Shown: one piece after another, positions 13,732-24,073 of the stretch
How the letters are laid out: the number at the start of each line of letters is the position of its first letter
Position numbering within the stretch: the first letter of the stretch is position 1
Assembly (NCBI GenBank): GCA_965279525.1
Contig: CBDIIB010000005.1
Location: 288,001 to 352,000 of the forward strand
DNA: 64,000 nt
Source of the DNA: Tagaea sp.
GTDB taxonomy: Bacteria; Pseudomonadota; Alphaproteobacteria; CACIAM-22H2
Direction: 5' to 3'
Program-made: the position numbers and the translations under genes
The notes under the pieces: model-generated
Told to the model about the DNA's origin: nothing
The model's input: only the letters and a program-made list of their open reading frames with translations
Databases searched by the model: none

Positions 13732-14201
13732 ACACCGAAGCGCTTCGGCCGCGCCAGCTCGCGATCCATTTCGCGTGCGGCTTTCTTGCCGTGCTGCTGT
13801 TCCATCAGGGCGCCATCCTGACGCTGAACCTGCTCGGCTTCATTCCCAACGGGCCGTTCCAAACGCGACCGATACCGCCCTTCGGCGTCCCGGCATTCGT
13901 CAATCAGGCGTTCTGGGGCGGGGTCTGGGGAATCGTCTACGGTCTCGTGCGCGCGCGGATTCCGGCAGCACTTCCCGTCGCAGCCGCCGGCTTCCTTTTC
14001 GGCGTCGTCGGGCCGACGTTTTTCGGCTGGTTCGTGCTTGCCCCGCTGCGCGGCCTGCCGGTCGCCGGCGGGTTCGTGCCCGCCAACATGATGCGCGGCA
14101 TATTCATCAACGGCACATTCGGACTAGGGCTGGCGTTGATCGCGGCCTATGCCACCCGGTTCACGGCGCGGCCCGAGCCGGTTCCCACGCCCGACGCCTG
14201 A
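13728..14201 (+). CDS. hypothetical membrane protein
   Basis: About four hydrophobic segments, FWGGVWG; ATG overlaps the moaE stop. Confidence 0.75.
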   Translation: MNTEALRPRQLAIHFACGFLAVLLFHQGAILTLNLLGFIPNGPFQTRPIPPFGVPAFVNQAFWGGVWGIVYGLVRARIPAALPVAAAGFLFGVVGPTFFGWFVLAPLRGLPVAGGFVPANMMRGIFINGTFGLGLALIAAYATRFTARPEPVPTPDA

Positions 14202-14445
14202 GCGCATCGTCGAGCGCTTTCGCCCGCGCGGGCTCGTCCGCCGCGACGCAGACGCGCGCCGCATGCTCGATGAGCGACTGGCGCTCGCGTCGGGCCAGCG
14301 TGCGCGAATCGCGGCCGAAAAGCCGCAACAGGGGATCGATCAGCCGATGCGCCGGTCCCGGCTCGGGCGTCGTTGCCGCGAGCCGGGCCAGCGCTTCGTC
14401 GTAGGCGACGAGGAGCTCGTCGGCCATCACTGGATCGAACGTCAC
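14161..14445 (-). CDS. small hypothetical protein
   Basis: GTG overlaps the ilvE stop; plausible helical sequence, but its 3' end overlaps the convergent gene by about 40 nt. Confidence 0.4.
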   Translation of the reverse strand: MTFDPVMADELLVAYDEALARLAATTPEPGPAHRLIDPLLRLFGRDSRTLARRERQSLIEHAARVCVAADEPARAKALDDALRRRAWEPARAAP

Positions 14446-15329
14446 TGGATCGGGAAGTCGACCTCGCCGCGCGTGGCCCGGCCGAAGTCCTCGATCAACG
14501 CCTTGGTGATGGCGCCAGGCGTGAACTTGTATTCGCCGATCTCGCCGACCGGCGTGATCTCGGCGGCCGTGCCCGTCAGGAACACTTCCTGTGCCTTGGC
14601 AAGCTCGTCGGGCCAGATCGCCCGTTCGACGACCTGGATCTGGCGGGACTTCGCCATCGCGATCACCGAGCGGCGCGTGATGCCGTCGAGGAAGCAGTCG
14701 GGCTTGGGCGTGTGCAGGACGCCGTCGATCGCGAGGAAGACGTTGGCGCCGGTCGCCTCGGCGATCTGGCCGCGCCAGTCGAGCATCAGCGCGTCGGCAT
14801 AGCCGTTCTTCTCGGCCTCGTGCTTGGACATCGTGCAGATCATGTAGAGGCCGGCGGCCTTCGACGCGGTCGGGGCCGTGTTCGGCGCCGGGCGCGACCA
14901 CTTGGCCCAGCTCATGCGGATGCCCTTGTCCTTGTCCTGGAAGTAGCTGCCCCAGGCCCATGTCGCGATCGCGACGTTGATTTTCGACTGCTGTGCCGAC
15001 ACGCCCATCATTTCCGACCCGCGCCAGGCGATCGGACGGACATAGCAGTCGGGCTGGCCGTTGGCAGCCACGACTTCGTTCGTCGCCGCGTCGATCTGCT
15101 CGACCGTGTAGGGAAGCTCGAAGCCGAGGATACGCGCCGAATCGATCAGGCGCTGCGAATGCTCGCGCAGGCGGAAGACCTTGCCGCCATAGGCCCGCTC
15201 GCCCTCGAAGACGGCCGAGGCATAATGCAGGCCGTGAGAAAGGACGTGCAGCTTCGCGTCGCGCCACGCCGTCAGCGCGCCATTCCACCACACGAAGCCG
15301 TCGCGATCGTCAAAAGGCACCAGTGCCAT
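14442..15329 (-). CDS. ilvE: branched-chain amino acid aminotransferase
   Basis: HGLHYASAVFEG, KAAGLY, EATGANVF, LDGITR, GTAAEITPV (PLP class IV). Confidence 0.93.
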   Translation of the reverse strand: MALVPFDDRDGFVWWNGALTAWRDAKLHVLSHGLHYASAVFEGERAYGGKVFRLREHSQRLIDSARILGFELPYTVEQIDAATNEVVAANGQPDCYVRPIAWRGSEMMGVSAQQSKINVAIATWAWGSYFQDKDKGIRMSWAKWSRPAPNTAPTASKAAGLYMICTMSKHEAEKNGYADALMLDWRGQIAEATGANVFLAIDGVLHTPKPDCFLDGITRRSVIAMAKSRQIQVVERAIWPDELAKAQEVFLTGTAAEITPVGEIGEYKFTPGAITKALIEDFGRATRGEVDFPIQ

Positions 15330-15470
15330 GGCATTTCCCCTCGTCCAGGTCATTTCCTTCGCCGGGATCGTCTCCGGCGCAACATTCGCCCGTTTTGGGC
15401 TTGCCACAAGAAACACTCTTGCGGCATATATGTCAACATCACTGACGTATTTCGGTTATGAAGCTTTCAC

Positions 15471-15989
15471 ATGCCTGAATTGCGGACCGGCCTGCACCAC
15501 CTCTATCTGCGCGACGAGGATCTCCGCCTCGGCATCGAGCTGCTCTTCTATGCCTATCGCGATTTCACCGCCGAGCCCGACCGGATGCTCGACGAGATCG
15601 GCCTCGGCCGGGCGCATCATCGCGCGATCTATTTCGTCGGCCGCTATCCCGGCATCAATGTCGGCGAACTGCTCGCGATCCTGCGGATCACCAAACAGAG
15701 CCTTTCGCGCGTTCTGGGCGAACTGGTCCGCAAGGGCTACATCGCGCAGCGTCCCGGTGCCGTCGACCGCCGCCAGCGCCGTCTAGAACTGACCGAGCAG
15801 GGGGCGGCACTCGAGCGCAAGCTGTCCGAGAACCAGCGCCGGCGCATCGCGGCCGCGTATCGTGCTGCCGGCCCCAATGCGGTGGAAGGCTTCCGGCGCG
15901 TGATGCTGGGCCTCATCGACGAGCGCGATCGCGGCAAGGTCGCCGGCGAACCCGTCAAGCCGCTGCCCGCGATGTCGGGGCGGCGATAA
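15471..15989 (+). CDS. MarR-family transcriptional regulator (PetP-like)
   Basis: ELLFYAYRDFT, GRAHHRA, ITKQSLSRVL, DRRQRRL winged HTH. Confidence 0.88.
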   Translation: MPELRTGLHHLYLRDEDLRLGIELLFYAYRDFTAEPDRMLDEIGLGRAHHRAIYFVGRYPGINVGELLAILRITKQSLSRVLGELVRKGYIAQRPGAVDRRQRRLELTEQGAALERKLSENQRRRIAAAYRAAGPNAVEGFRRVMLGLIDERDRGKVAGEPVKPLPAMSGRR

Positions 15990-16061
15990 TTCCCGACCGA
16001 TCGGGCCAAACGGCAAACGCCACAGTTGGCAGGTGCGGCCGCCGCACCTACATTCCATTCC

Positions 16062-16748
16062 ATGGATGAGGCCGCCCACCTCCTGGTCGTCGACGACGAC
16101 ACGCGGACCCGCGAACTGCTTCGCCGGTTCCTGGCCGAGCGCGGCTATCGGGTCGCGACGGCCGCCGATGCCAAGGAAGCCGAATCGCAGCTTGCCGCCA
16201 TCGCCTTCGATCTCGTGGTGCTCGATGTCATGCTGCCCGGCGAGGACGGCATGGAGTTCACCCGCCGCCTGCGCGCGGCCAAGCGTGATGTGCCGATCGT
16301 GCTGCTGACCGCACGCGGAGAGACGGCCGATCGCATATCCGGACTGTCGTCGGGCGCCGACGACTACCTGCCCAAGCCGTTCGAGCCCGAGGAACTGCTG
16401 CTGCGCGTGCGCAACATCCTGCGTCGGGCGCCGCCACCGCCGGCGGATGCACCCGAGGAGGTCGTGTTCGGCGCCTTCAGGTTTACCCTCGAGCGAGAGG
16501 AACTGACGCGCGGCAGCGTCCACGTGAAACTCACGTCGGCGGAAGCTTCCCTGCTGAAGGTCCTGGCAAGTTCGGCAAACGCGCCCGTCAGCCGCGACGA
16601 CCTGCTGCGCCGCTCGCGCCTGTCGGGCAACGCGCGCACGGTCGACGTGACGGTCACGCGTCTCCGGCCCAAGATCGAGGATGATCCGCGCAATCCGCGC
16701 TTCCTGCAGACCGTCCGCGGTGCGGGCTATCTGCTGCGGACCGATTGA
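16062..16748 (+). CDS. OmpR-family response regulator
   Basis: LVVDDD, LDVMLPGEDG, GADDYLPKPF, C-terminal wHTH LQTVRGAGY. Confidence 0.92.
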   Translation: MDEAAHLLVVDDDTRTRELLRRFLAERGYRVATAADAKEAESQLAAIAFDLVVLDVMLPGEDGMEFTRRLRAAKRDVPIVLLTARGETADRISGLSSGADDYLPKPFEPEELLLRVRNILRRAPPPPADAPEEVVFGAFRFTLEREELTRGSVHVKLTSAEASLLKVLASSANAPVSRDDLLRRSRLSGNARTVDVTVTRLRPKIEDDPRNPRFLQTVRGAGYLLRTD

Positions 16749-16756
16749 GCGGACCG

Positions 16757-18082
16757 ATGACGACACTCACCAATCTCGTCCGCAGATGCATGCCGCGCTC
16801 GCTGTTCGCGCGGGCACTGATAATCCTCGTGACGCCGATGGTGCTGGTGCAGATCGTCGCCGGATTCGTGTTCTACGACCGGGTCTGGGACACGGTCTCG
16901 CGCCGCCTGTCCAACGCGGTCGCAGGCGAGGTTGCGACCGTCGTCCACGCGATCGGCCGCTATCCGGACGCGGCCGAAAGGGCGTGGCTGTTCCAGACCA
17001 TGCAGATCGCCTACGGATCGTTCTACGATTACCAGCCTGGCGGCATCCTCGAGCGAACGGGCCCGGCGGCACCGGACACGATCCTTGAATACTATCTCGT
17101 CGCCGGCCTCAACGAACGGGTCCGCCGCCCCTTCTTTCTCGACGCATGGAGCGATCCCGACGACCTTCGGCTCGCCGTCCAGCTGCCGGATGGCGTGTTG
17201 CGTCTGGCGACCTCGCGTCAGCGTGTTTTCACCACGAACGTCTACGTCTTCCTGCTGTTCATGATCGGCACGTCCCTGATCCTGATCGCGGTCGCGTCGG
17301 CCTTCATGAACAACCAGGTCCGGCCGATCAAGCGGCTCGCCGATGCGGCCGACGCCTTCGGCAAGGGGCGCGAAGACGCCGAATTCCGCCCCTACGGCGC
17401 CTCCGAAGTGCGCCAGGCCGCGTCGGCTTTCGTCACGATGCGCGAGCGTATCCGCCGGTACATGGCGCAACGCACCGAAATGCTCGCCGGCATCAGCCAC
17501 GACCTGCGCACGCCGCTCACGCGCATGAAGCTCGAACTCGCGATGCTCGGCGACCATCCTTCTTCCGCGGGGCTAAAGACCGACGTTTCCGACATGGAGC
17601 GCATGGTCGATTCCTATCTCGCATTCGTACGCGGCGAAGGCGAAGAGAAGATCGAAGAGGCCGACCTGTCGATCCTGCTTGCCGAGCTGGTCGCCGCAAC
17701 CCAGCGCGGCGGGCATTCGGTCGCACTGGCGGTCGAGGGCGACATGCGCATGTCGCTTCGTCCGCACGCGATCAAGCGCAGCCTCGAGAACCTGATCGCC
17801 AATGCCGTCCGGCACGCAGCCCAGGTCCGGATCCAGGCGATGCGGCACACCGGCGAGATCGAGATCGTGATCGACGACGACGGCCCGGGCATCCCGCCGG
17901 AATCGCGCGAGGACGTGTTCAAGCCGTTTTTCCGGCTCGATCCGGCGCGCAACGTGGAAACCGGCGGTGTCGGCCTCGGATTGACGATCGCGCGGGATGT
18001 AATACGCGGACATGGCGGCGACGTCCGTATCGACGAATCACCCCTTGGCGGCGCACGCGCGCGAATCCGCCTTCCTTTGTAG
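16757..18082 (+). CDS. EnvZ-like sensor histidine kinase
   Basis: Two TM segments, HAMP, ISHDLRTPLTR H-box, DDDGPGI, GVGLGL. Confidence 0.92.
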   Translation: MTTLTNLVRRCMPRSLFARALIILVTPMVLVQIVAGFVFYDRVWDTVSRRLSNAVAGEVATVVHAIGRYPDAAERAWLFQTMQIAYGSFYDYQPGGILERTGPAAPDTILEYYLVAGLNERVRRPFFLDAWSDPDDLRLAVQLPDGVLRLATSRQRVFTTNVYVFLLFMIGTSLILIAVASAFMNNQVRPIKRLADAADAFGKGREDAEFRPYGASEVRQAASAFVTMRERIRRYMAQRTEMLAGISHDLRTPLTRMKLELAMLGDHPSSAGLKTDVSDMERMVDSYLAFVRGEGEEKIEEADLSILLAELVAATQRGGHSVALAVEGDMRMSLRPHAIKRSLENLIANAVRHAAQVRIQAMRHTGEIEIVIDDDGPGIPPESREDVFKPFFRLDPARNVETGGVGLGLTIARDVIRGHGGDVRIDESPLGGARARIRLPL

Positions 18083-18315
18083 TCAAAGGCCGGCTTAGCA
18101 ATCTGTTAACCCCCGGTCTCTAACGTTCGAGACGTCGGCGACGGCACGCGCGGAATCACTTCCGGTGACGCCGCCGCCGATACAACCGCCCCGGCCGGCG
18201 ATCGCCGCCGGGGCGGTCCAATTTCCGGGCCCCGAGCGGCGGATATTGAGGCTTGCCGCCCGCGTGCCACGGGCGTATGTCCCTGCGACCCTTCCGCAAG
18301 GATTTTCCAAGCTCG

Positions 18316-19899
18316 ATGTCGTCCGCTTCGCCGCAAGGCGCCTCCACGCGCCGCACCTTTGCGATCATCTCGCACCCCGACGCCGGCAAGACGACGCTGA
18401 CCGAAAAGCTCCTGCTGTTCGGCGGTGCGATCCGCCTTGCCGGACAGGTCAAGGCGCGTGGCGAGAGACGGCGCGCGCGCTCGGACTGGATGGCCATCGA
18501 ACAGGCCCGCGGCATCTCGGTGACGAGCTCGGTGATGACGTTCGATTATTCGGGCGTCACCTTCAACCTGCTCGATACGCCCGGACACGAGGATTTCAGC
18601 GAGGACACCTACCGCACGCTGACGGCCGTCGACTCGGCCGTCATGGTCATCGACGCCGCGAAGGGCATCGAGATCCAGACGCGCAAGCTGTTCGAGGTCT
18701 GCCGCCTGCGCGACATCCCGATCTGCGTGTTCGTCAACAAGGTCGACCGCGAGGGTCGCGACCCGTTCGACCTCCTCGACGAGATCGAAAAGACGCTTCA
18801 GCTCGACGTGAGTCCGTTCGTGTGGCCCGTCGGAATGGGCTCGGACTTCCACGGCTGCTACGACCTTCGCAACAACCGTTTCCTGACGGGCAAGCCCGGC
18901 GGACCGTACGAGCGCGCGATCCCGATGTCCGGCCCGGACGATCCCGCACTGGACGCGCTCGTCGCCGAACGTCCGTTGCGCGAGTTCCGCGAGGCCGCGT
19001 CGCTCGCCTTGTCGGCCTATCCGACGCTGGAACTTGACGCCTACCGGGCCGGCAACATGACGCCGGTGTTTTTCGGCAGCGCGCTCAAGGACTATTCGGT
19101 CGAGACGCTGATCCAGGGCCTGGCCGAGTTCGCTCCGCCGCCGCGCCCGCAGCCGGCACAATCGCGCACGATCGAGCCGGAAGAAGATCGTGTCACCGGT
19201 TTCGTGTTCAAGGTCCAGGCCAACATGGACCCCAACCACCGCGACCGCATCGCGTTCCTGCGGCTGTGCTCGGGTCGTTTCAAGCGCGGCATGAAGCTCA
19301 AGCAGGTGCGCACGGGCAAGGCGATTGCCGTCCACAGCCCGATCTTCTTCTTCGCCCAGGAACGCGAGCTTGCCGAAGAAGCGCTCCCCGGCGACATCAT
19401 CGGGATCCCCAACCACGGCACGCTTCGGGTCGGCGACACGCTGACCGAGGGCGAGGACCTGCGCTTTACCGGAATTCCGAACTTCGCGCCCGAAATCCTG
19501 CGTCGCGTGCGGCTCGACGATCCGATCAAGGCCAAGCAGATGCGCCGGGCACTCGAAGATCTTGCCGAGGAAGGCGTGACCCAGGTCTTCCGGCCGGTCC
19601 TGGGTTCGCAATGGATCGTCGGCGTCGTTGGACCGCTTCAGATCGAGGTGCTCGCCAGCCGCATCGCGGCCGAGTACGACGTCAAGGTCGGCTTCGAACC
19701 CGCACCCTTCGAGACGGCACGCTGGGTCTCGAGCGAGGATCCGGCGATGCTGAAGAAATTCATCGAAAGCAATCGCGGCAGCCTTGCCGAGGATCGCGAC
19801 GATGCGCCAGTGTTCATGGCCCGCAACGCGTGGGAGCTGAACCGCACGACGCAGGACTGGCCGGGCATCACCTTCCGCACTACGCGCGAGCGCGGCTAG
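18316..19899 (+). CDS. prfC: peptide chain release factor 3
   Basis: ISHPDAGKTT, DTPGHEDFSEDTYR, NKVD; alternative start at 18277. Confidence 0.96.
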   Translation: MSSASPQGASTRRTFAIISHPDAGKTTLTEKLLLFGGAIRLAGQVKARGERRRARSDWMAIEQARGISVTSSVMTFDYSGVTFNLLDTPGHEDFSEDTYRTLTAVDSAVMVIDAAKGIEIQTRKLFEVCRLRDIPICVFVNKVDREGRDPFDLLDEIEKTLQLDVSPFVWPVGMGSDFHGCYDLRNNRFLTGKPGGPYERAIPMSGPDDPALDALVAERPLREFREAASLALSAYPTLELDAYRAGNMTPVFFGSALKDYSVETLIQGLAEFAPPPRPQPAQSRTIEPEEDRVTGFVFKVQANMDPNHRDRIAFLRLCSGRFKRGMKLKQVRTGKAIAVHSPIFFFAQERELAEEALPGDIIGIPNHGTLRVGDTLTEGEDLRFTGIPNFAPEILRRVRLDDPIKAKQMRRALEDLAEEGVTQVFRPVLGSQWIVGVVGPLQIEVLASRIAAEYDVKVGFEPAPFETARWVSSEDPAMLKKFIESNRGSLAEDRDDAPVFMARNAWELNRTTQDWPGITFRTTRERG

Positions 19900-19906
19900 C
19901 GGGCGC

Positions 19907-20341
19907 TCAGCTCCCGGCGGGCGGTGCGGAGGACATTTTCACGACGGGCTTGATCTGGCTCTTCTCGATCTCCGCGACGGTACCGGTGATGTACTCGATC
20001 GGCACGCTCGCGACGATTCCTTCGGACGGCATCGAGATCATGAACGCGATCTGGCCGCCGACATTGACCAGGTTCTTCTTTGACTTCATCGGCAGTGGGA
20101 TCTTCCGCTTGCGGCACAGCATGATGAGGGCCGCCGTCATCTGCGCGTCCTGAATCTGCATTTCCGAACTGGTGCCGTCCTTCTTCTTGACCTCGATCTT
20201 GAACGACAGGGTGTCCCGGTCGATCGTCAGCTTCGTGGCGCGGCCATTGGGCGGCGGCTCGCCTTGCGTCCGCTTCCAGTCGAAAGCCGCCGCGACGAGA
20301 TCGAGATTCTCGAAGAAAATGACGCGATACTCGCTGGCCAC
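19907..20341 (-). CDS. hypothetical protein
   Basis: 144 aa with host-like codon usage; EYRVIFF...AALIMLCRKRKIPLPMKSKK. Confidence 0.7.
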   Translation of the reverse strand: MASEYRVIFFENLDLVAAAFDWKRTQGEPPPNGRATKLTIDRDTLSFKIEVKKKDGTSSEMQIQDAQMTAALIMLCRKRKIPLPMKSKKNLVNVGGQIAFMISMPSEGIVASVPIEYITGTVAEIEKSQIKPVVKMSSAPPAGS

Positions 20342-20458
20342 GCGGCCACCGCCTTGTCGTTATGTGGCTGTAAGGCTTACCACGAAACCGGATTCTTGGC
20401 ATCTGTCAGAAGCCTCGCGCCGGGCCAGAAGAGCGTCTAATGTCTGGTTTCCCGCCTG

Positions 20459-21283
20459 ATGGATGTGATGGAAAGCCGCGATTTCCAGTTTGCCTGTACC
20501 GCGACGCTGACCGCCAATGACGGTCGCGAGCGGCTTGCGTCGCGCAGTTTCAGCGCCGTGGATACCGCGGCGGACTGGGCGCTCACGACTGCCGGGCGTC
20601 TCAAGGAAGCACTCGGTACCGGGCCCTATGGCCAGGTCGAACTGGCACTTGGGATCGCGATCGAAGGGCGGCTCGCCGACGACCCGGACGCGCGGCTGAC
20701 GCTCGTGTTCTCCGGCACGCTCGCGCATGCGACCGACACGCTTGCAGCACATGTCCGGAGCTTCGAAGCCGACACGATCCCCAAGCTGCGCGCCCAGGCC
20801 GCCGCCCGGCGCAAAGCCAGACGCGCCGGGATCCTGCGGAAGTTCGGGCTGGTCGCCGGGATCGCCGTATTCGTCGGACTCGTGTTCGTCGTCTACCGCT
20901 TCGTTCCGCCCATCCTCGATCCCGAGCGGGCCGCGGAGGAGATCCTCGCCCGACCGCCTCCCGAGGTTACCGGGCGCTGGTCTCTCGGCCAGACAACCGC
21001 CAATTGCGAGACGAACTACGTGGAATTTGCCGCCGGCCGGTACGAAGCCGTGGTTGCCGGCAGTCGTCAGCGCTTTGCGGCCGCCTATTCCCAGCCTGCG
21101 GCGGCGACCATGCGTGTCGAATATGCCGAAGGCGGCATTCGGCTCGCCCAGATATTCAGGCTCGGACCCGATCAGGGCCGGATGTCGATCGCCGGGGTCG
21201 AGTCCAGCGTACCGGAAATCGAGGCCGCAGCCCGGCGCGCAATCGGTACGTGGCTGACCAAATGCCCGGAGAAGGCGCGCTAG
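20459..21283 (+). CDS. hypothetical single-pass membrane protein
   Basis: Central TM (FGLVAGIAVFVGLVFVVY) and a C-terminal domain with two Cys. Confidence 0.7.
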   Translation: MDVMESRDFQFACTATLTANDGRERLASRSFSAVDTAADWALTTAGRLKEALGTGPYGQVELALGIAIEGRLADDPDARLTLVFSGTLAHATDTLAAHVRSFEADTIPKLRAQAAARRKARRAGILRKFGLVAGIAVFVGLVFVVYRFVPPILDPERAAEEILARPPPEVTGRWSLGQTTANCETNYVEFAAGRYEAVVAGSRQRFAAAYSQPAAATMRVEYAEGGIRLAQIFRLGPDQGRMSIAGVESSVPEIEAAARRAIGTWLTKCPEKAR

Positions 21284-21370
21284 CGTCCGATCGTCAGCCC
21301 TTAACTACTTTTTCACCCCGAGAATGCGTCAATCCCCGGATCCAGACCGCATTTTCCGAGTGACCGGGTA

Positions 21371-23398
21371 TTGACGAAAACCGAGAAAGCACGTTCGGCA
21401 GGGCGCACCGCGACCATACGAAACCTGGTGCCGTCGGCGCTCCTGTTCGTCGTGCTTGCGGCGATGTGGACCTATGTGTCGCTTGCCGATCGCAATGCCC
21501 GGAATGCCGTGCGGGCGCAGGAGTTTGCCGACGTGTCCGATACGGTGTCGGAAACGATCGCGCGACGGATCGCCAACAGGCTGCGCGGCCTTGCCTATAT
21601 CCAGCACCTCGCGCGCGACGGCGCGCTTGAAGATCCGGAGCGTTTCGACATCGCGGCGGCAACGACCCATGAGATCGCCCGGGAATTCCTCGCGATCAAT
21701 CTGATCGACGCCGAGCGCCGGATCGTCCGGACATGGCCGTTGGCCGAAAACGCGAACATGATCGGACGGGTCGTCGGCCAATCGCCGTCGATCGTCGAGT
21801 TGCTCGACATCGCGCGGGATACCGATACTGCCCGCAGTTCGGGCATCGTGGAGCTTTTCCAGGGTGGCAAGGGAATCGCCAGCTACTTCCCGATCTGGCG
21901 GGATGGTCGTTTCGTCGGCTACGTCAACGGCGTCTTCAGGGTCGATGCCATCGAGCAGCTCCTCGGCACGCTGCGCGCGATGCGCTATGCGTGGAGGATC
22001 GACACGGAGCAGCCAGAAGCATCCCCGCTTCCGGTCGGCGCGCGTCGCCTGTCGATCCCGCTGCTTGACCGCACGCTGACGGTCGAGTTCGAGGAAAAAG
22101 CGCACGCCGGCGTAGGTGATTTTCTGCTTCCGAACCTGGTGCTTGGCATCGTTTTCTCGCTGGTCTGCGCAGCGCTGACGTTCCTCGGACTCAATGCGAG
22201 ATATACGGCCGCCCGCGACGAGGCGATGCTGTCGAGCATCCTGACGGCGGCACCGGACGCGATCATATCCCTGGACGAGAACCGCCGTATCCGCGTCTTC
22301 ACGCCGGCTGCCGAGGCGATGTTCAAGAGATCGGCCGAGACGATGATCGGCGAGCCGCTCGATGTACTTCTGCCCGAAGCCGCGCGGCCCCTCCATCATG
22401 CGCATATCGAACAGTTCGCGGCATCATCGAGCCGCGAACGGCAGATGGGCGACTGGCGCCTGATCCGCGGCCTTCGCGCCAACGGAGAGACGTTTCCCGT
22501 CATGGTGCAGCTCGCCAAATCGCAGTTCGAAGGCGAACGTCTGATGACCGCGGTCTTGCGCGACATGACCGATATCGAGCGCATAAACAGCGAACTGATA
22601 TCGCTGGCGGACGAACGCGCGCGGCAGGCGGAACGGGCCGAGGCCGCCAATCACGCCAAAACGATGTTCCTCGCCACCATGAGCCACGAACTCCGCACGC
22701 CGCTCAACGCGATCATCGGGTTCTCGGATATCGCGGTGCGGGAGATGTTCGGGCCGATCGGCAACGCGCGCTACAAGGATTATCTCGCGAGCATAAAGAG
22801 CAGCGGCGAAGATCTCCTGACGATCATCAACGACGTGCTCGATCTCTCGAAGGCCGAGGTCGGCGCCTACCGGTTCGAGCCGGAGAATTTCGATGTCTGC
22901 GAACTTCTGTCTTCAACGGCCCGGCAGATCATGCCTTTGATGGATACGAAGGGCCTCGTATTCCGTTCCGAACTTCCCGAGCGGCTGTTCGCTCACGCGG
23001 ATCCGCGCGCGACCCGCCAGATCGCCGTGAACCTCCTTTCGAATTCCATCAAGTTCACAAATCCGGGTGGAGTCGTGACGCTGAGCGCCGGCCCGTCGTC
23101 CGACACCGCCTTCATCGACTTTTCCGTCCAGGACACCGGACGCGGAATTGCCCGGGACGATCTCGGCCGTGTCGGCCGCCCCTTCGTTCAGGTCGGCGAT
23201 GCGTACCGGTCGGAGGTCAAGGGAACCGGCCTGGGTCTGGCCATAAGCCGTACCTTTTCCGCAGGAATGGGGGGAAATCTCCGGATCGAATCGGAACTCG
23301 GACAGGGAACCAAGGTTACCGTCAGCCTTCCGGCCGGCCCGAACAGCAACCTGAAAACAAGCCATCAGCCGGACATGAATTCCCACTCAAGCATTTGA
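21371..23398 (+). CDS. membrane PAS-domain histidine kinase (PleC/DivJ-like H-box)
   Basis: TM-periplasmic-TM, PAS domain, FLATMSHELRTPLNAIIGFS, NLLSNSIKFT, GTGLGL. Confidence 0.9.
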   Translation: MTKTEKARSAGRTATIRNLVPSALLFVVLAAMWTYVSLADRNARNAVRAQEFADVSDTVSETIARRIANRLRGLAYIQHLARDGALEDPERFDIAAATTHEIAREFLAINLIDAERRIVRTWPLAENANMIGRVVGQSPSIVELLDIARDTDTARSSGIVELFQGGKGIASYFPIWRDGRFVGYVNGVFRVDAIEQLLGTLRAMRYAWRIDTEQPEASPLPVGARRLSIPLLDRTLTVEFEEKAHAGVGDFLLPNLVLGIVFSLVCAALTFLGLNARYTAARDEAMLSSILTAAPDAIISLDENRRIRVFTPAAEAMFKRSAETMIGEPLDVLLPEAARPLHHAHIEQFAASSSRERQMGDWRLIRGLRANGETFPVMVQLAKSQFEGERLMTAVLRDMTDIERINSELISLADERARQAERAEAANHAKTMFLATMSHELRTPLNAIIGFSDIAVREMFGPIGNARYKDYLASIKSSGEDLLTIINDVLDLSKAEVGAYRFEPENFDVCELLSSTARQIMPLMDTKGLVFRSELPERLFAHADPRATRQIAVNLLSNSIKFTNPGGVVTLSAGPSSDTAFIDFSVQDTGRGIARDDLGRVGRPFVQVGDAYRSEVKGTGLGLAISRTFSAGMGGNLRIESELGQGTKVTVSLPAGPNSNLKTSHQPDMNSHSSI

Positions 23399-23565
23399 TA
23401 ATATAAGAGAATTTGATATACCCAACGAACTGAGCCGGACGTCTCGAATGGCACCGTTCCAGCGCCGGTCAAGCGGCCGCCGACTTCCCCCGAATCGAGC
23501 TAGTTGCGTGCCGACCGGCAAATCTATAAACACGAGCTCTCTAGTTCTATTTCCAGGAGCGTTAA

Positions 23566-23775
23566 ATGCCCGTCGGTACGGTTAAGTGGTTCAATGGCAC
23601 CAAAGGTTACGGCTTCATCCAGCCGGAAAATGGTGGTGCTGATGTGTTCGTGCATATCTCGGCGGTCGAGCGCGCCGGGCTTCGCGGGCTGAACGAAGGC
23701 CAGAAGGTGTCGTACGAGGAGAAGCCCGATCCCAAGAAGGGCAAGACCTCGGCTGACAACCTCAAGGTCATCTAA
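23566..23775 (+). CDS. cspA: cold-shock protein
   Basis: [21 protein letters not shown]; AGGAG RBS. Confidence 0.93.
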   Translation: MPVGTVKWFNGTKGYGFIQPENGGADVFVHISAVERAGLRGLNEGQKVSYEEKPDPKKGKTSADNLKVI

Positions 23776-23850
23776 GAGGTTCCCCTCGCGGAACCCAGGC
23801 GCCGACGGTACGTCCCCGGCGCCGGCTTTCCGATCACGGGCGAGAATCTG

Positions 23851-23882
23851 ACGCGCCCCGTTCCTACGGGACGGGGCGCGTT
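23851..23882 (+). terminator. stem-loop downstream of cspA
   Basis: ACGCGCCCCGT / ACGGGGCGCGT inverted repeat followed by TGTCTGTCT. Confidence 0.6.
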
Positions 23883-24073
23883 GTCTGTCTGCCGCATGTT
23901 TTCGTGCATGATGGCTGCAGCTTAAATCCAATTTTTTCAAGGCCGAATGGTTCCCATCCGGCCTGTTTTGCCGTGCGTTCAAGGCACCCCTTCCTTGATC
24001 CCTGTCCGCCGGATGTGACAGACATGATTGCCGGCAGCAGCAAGCTGTCTGGCGACCGAACAAGGATCGCGGA

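Noticed and set aside
14428-14452. Short direct repeat CACTGGATCG at the ilvE 3' end
   Set aside because: Only 10 bp and two copies; no sign of a mobile element.
24010-24030. ATGTGACAGACAT as a HutC operator
   Set aside because: Only a loose match to the palindrome, and no hutC is in the window.
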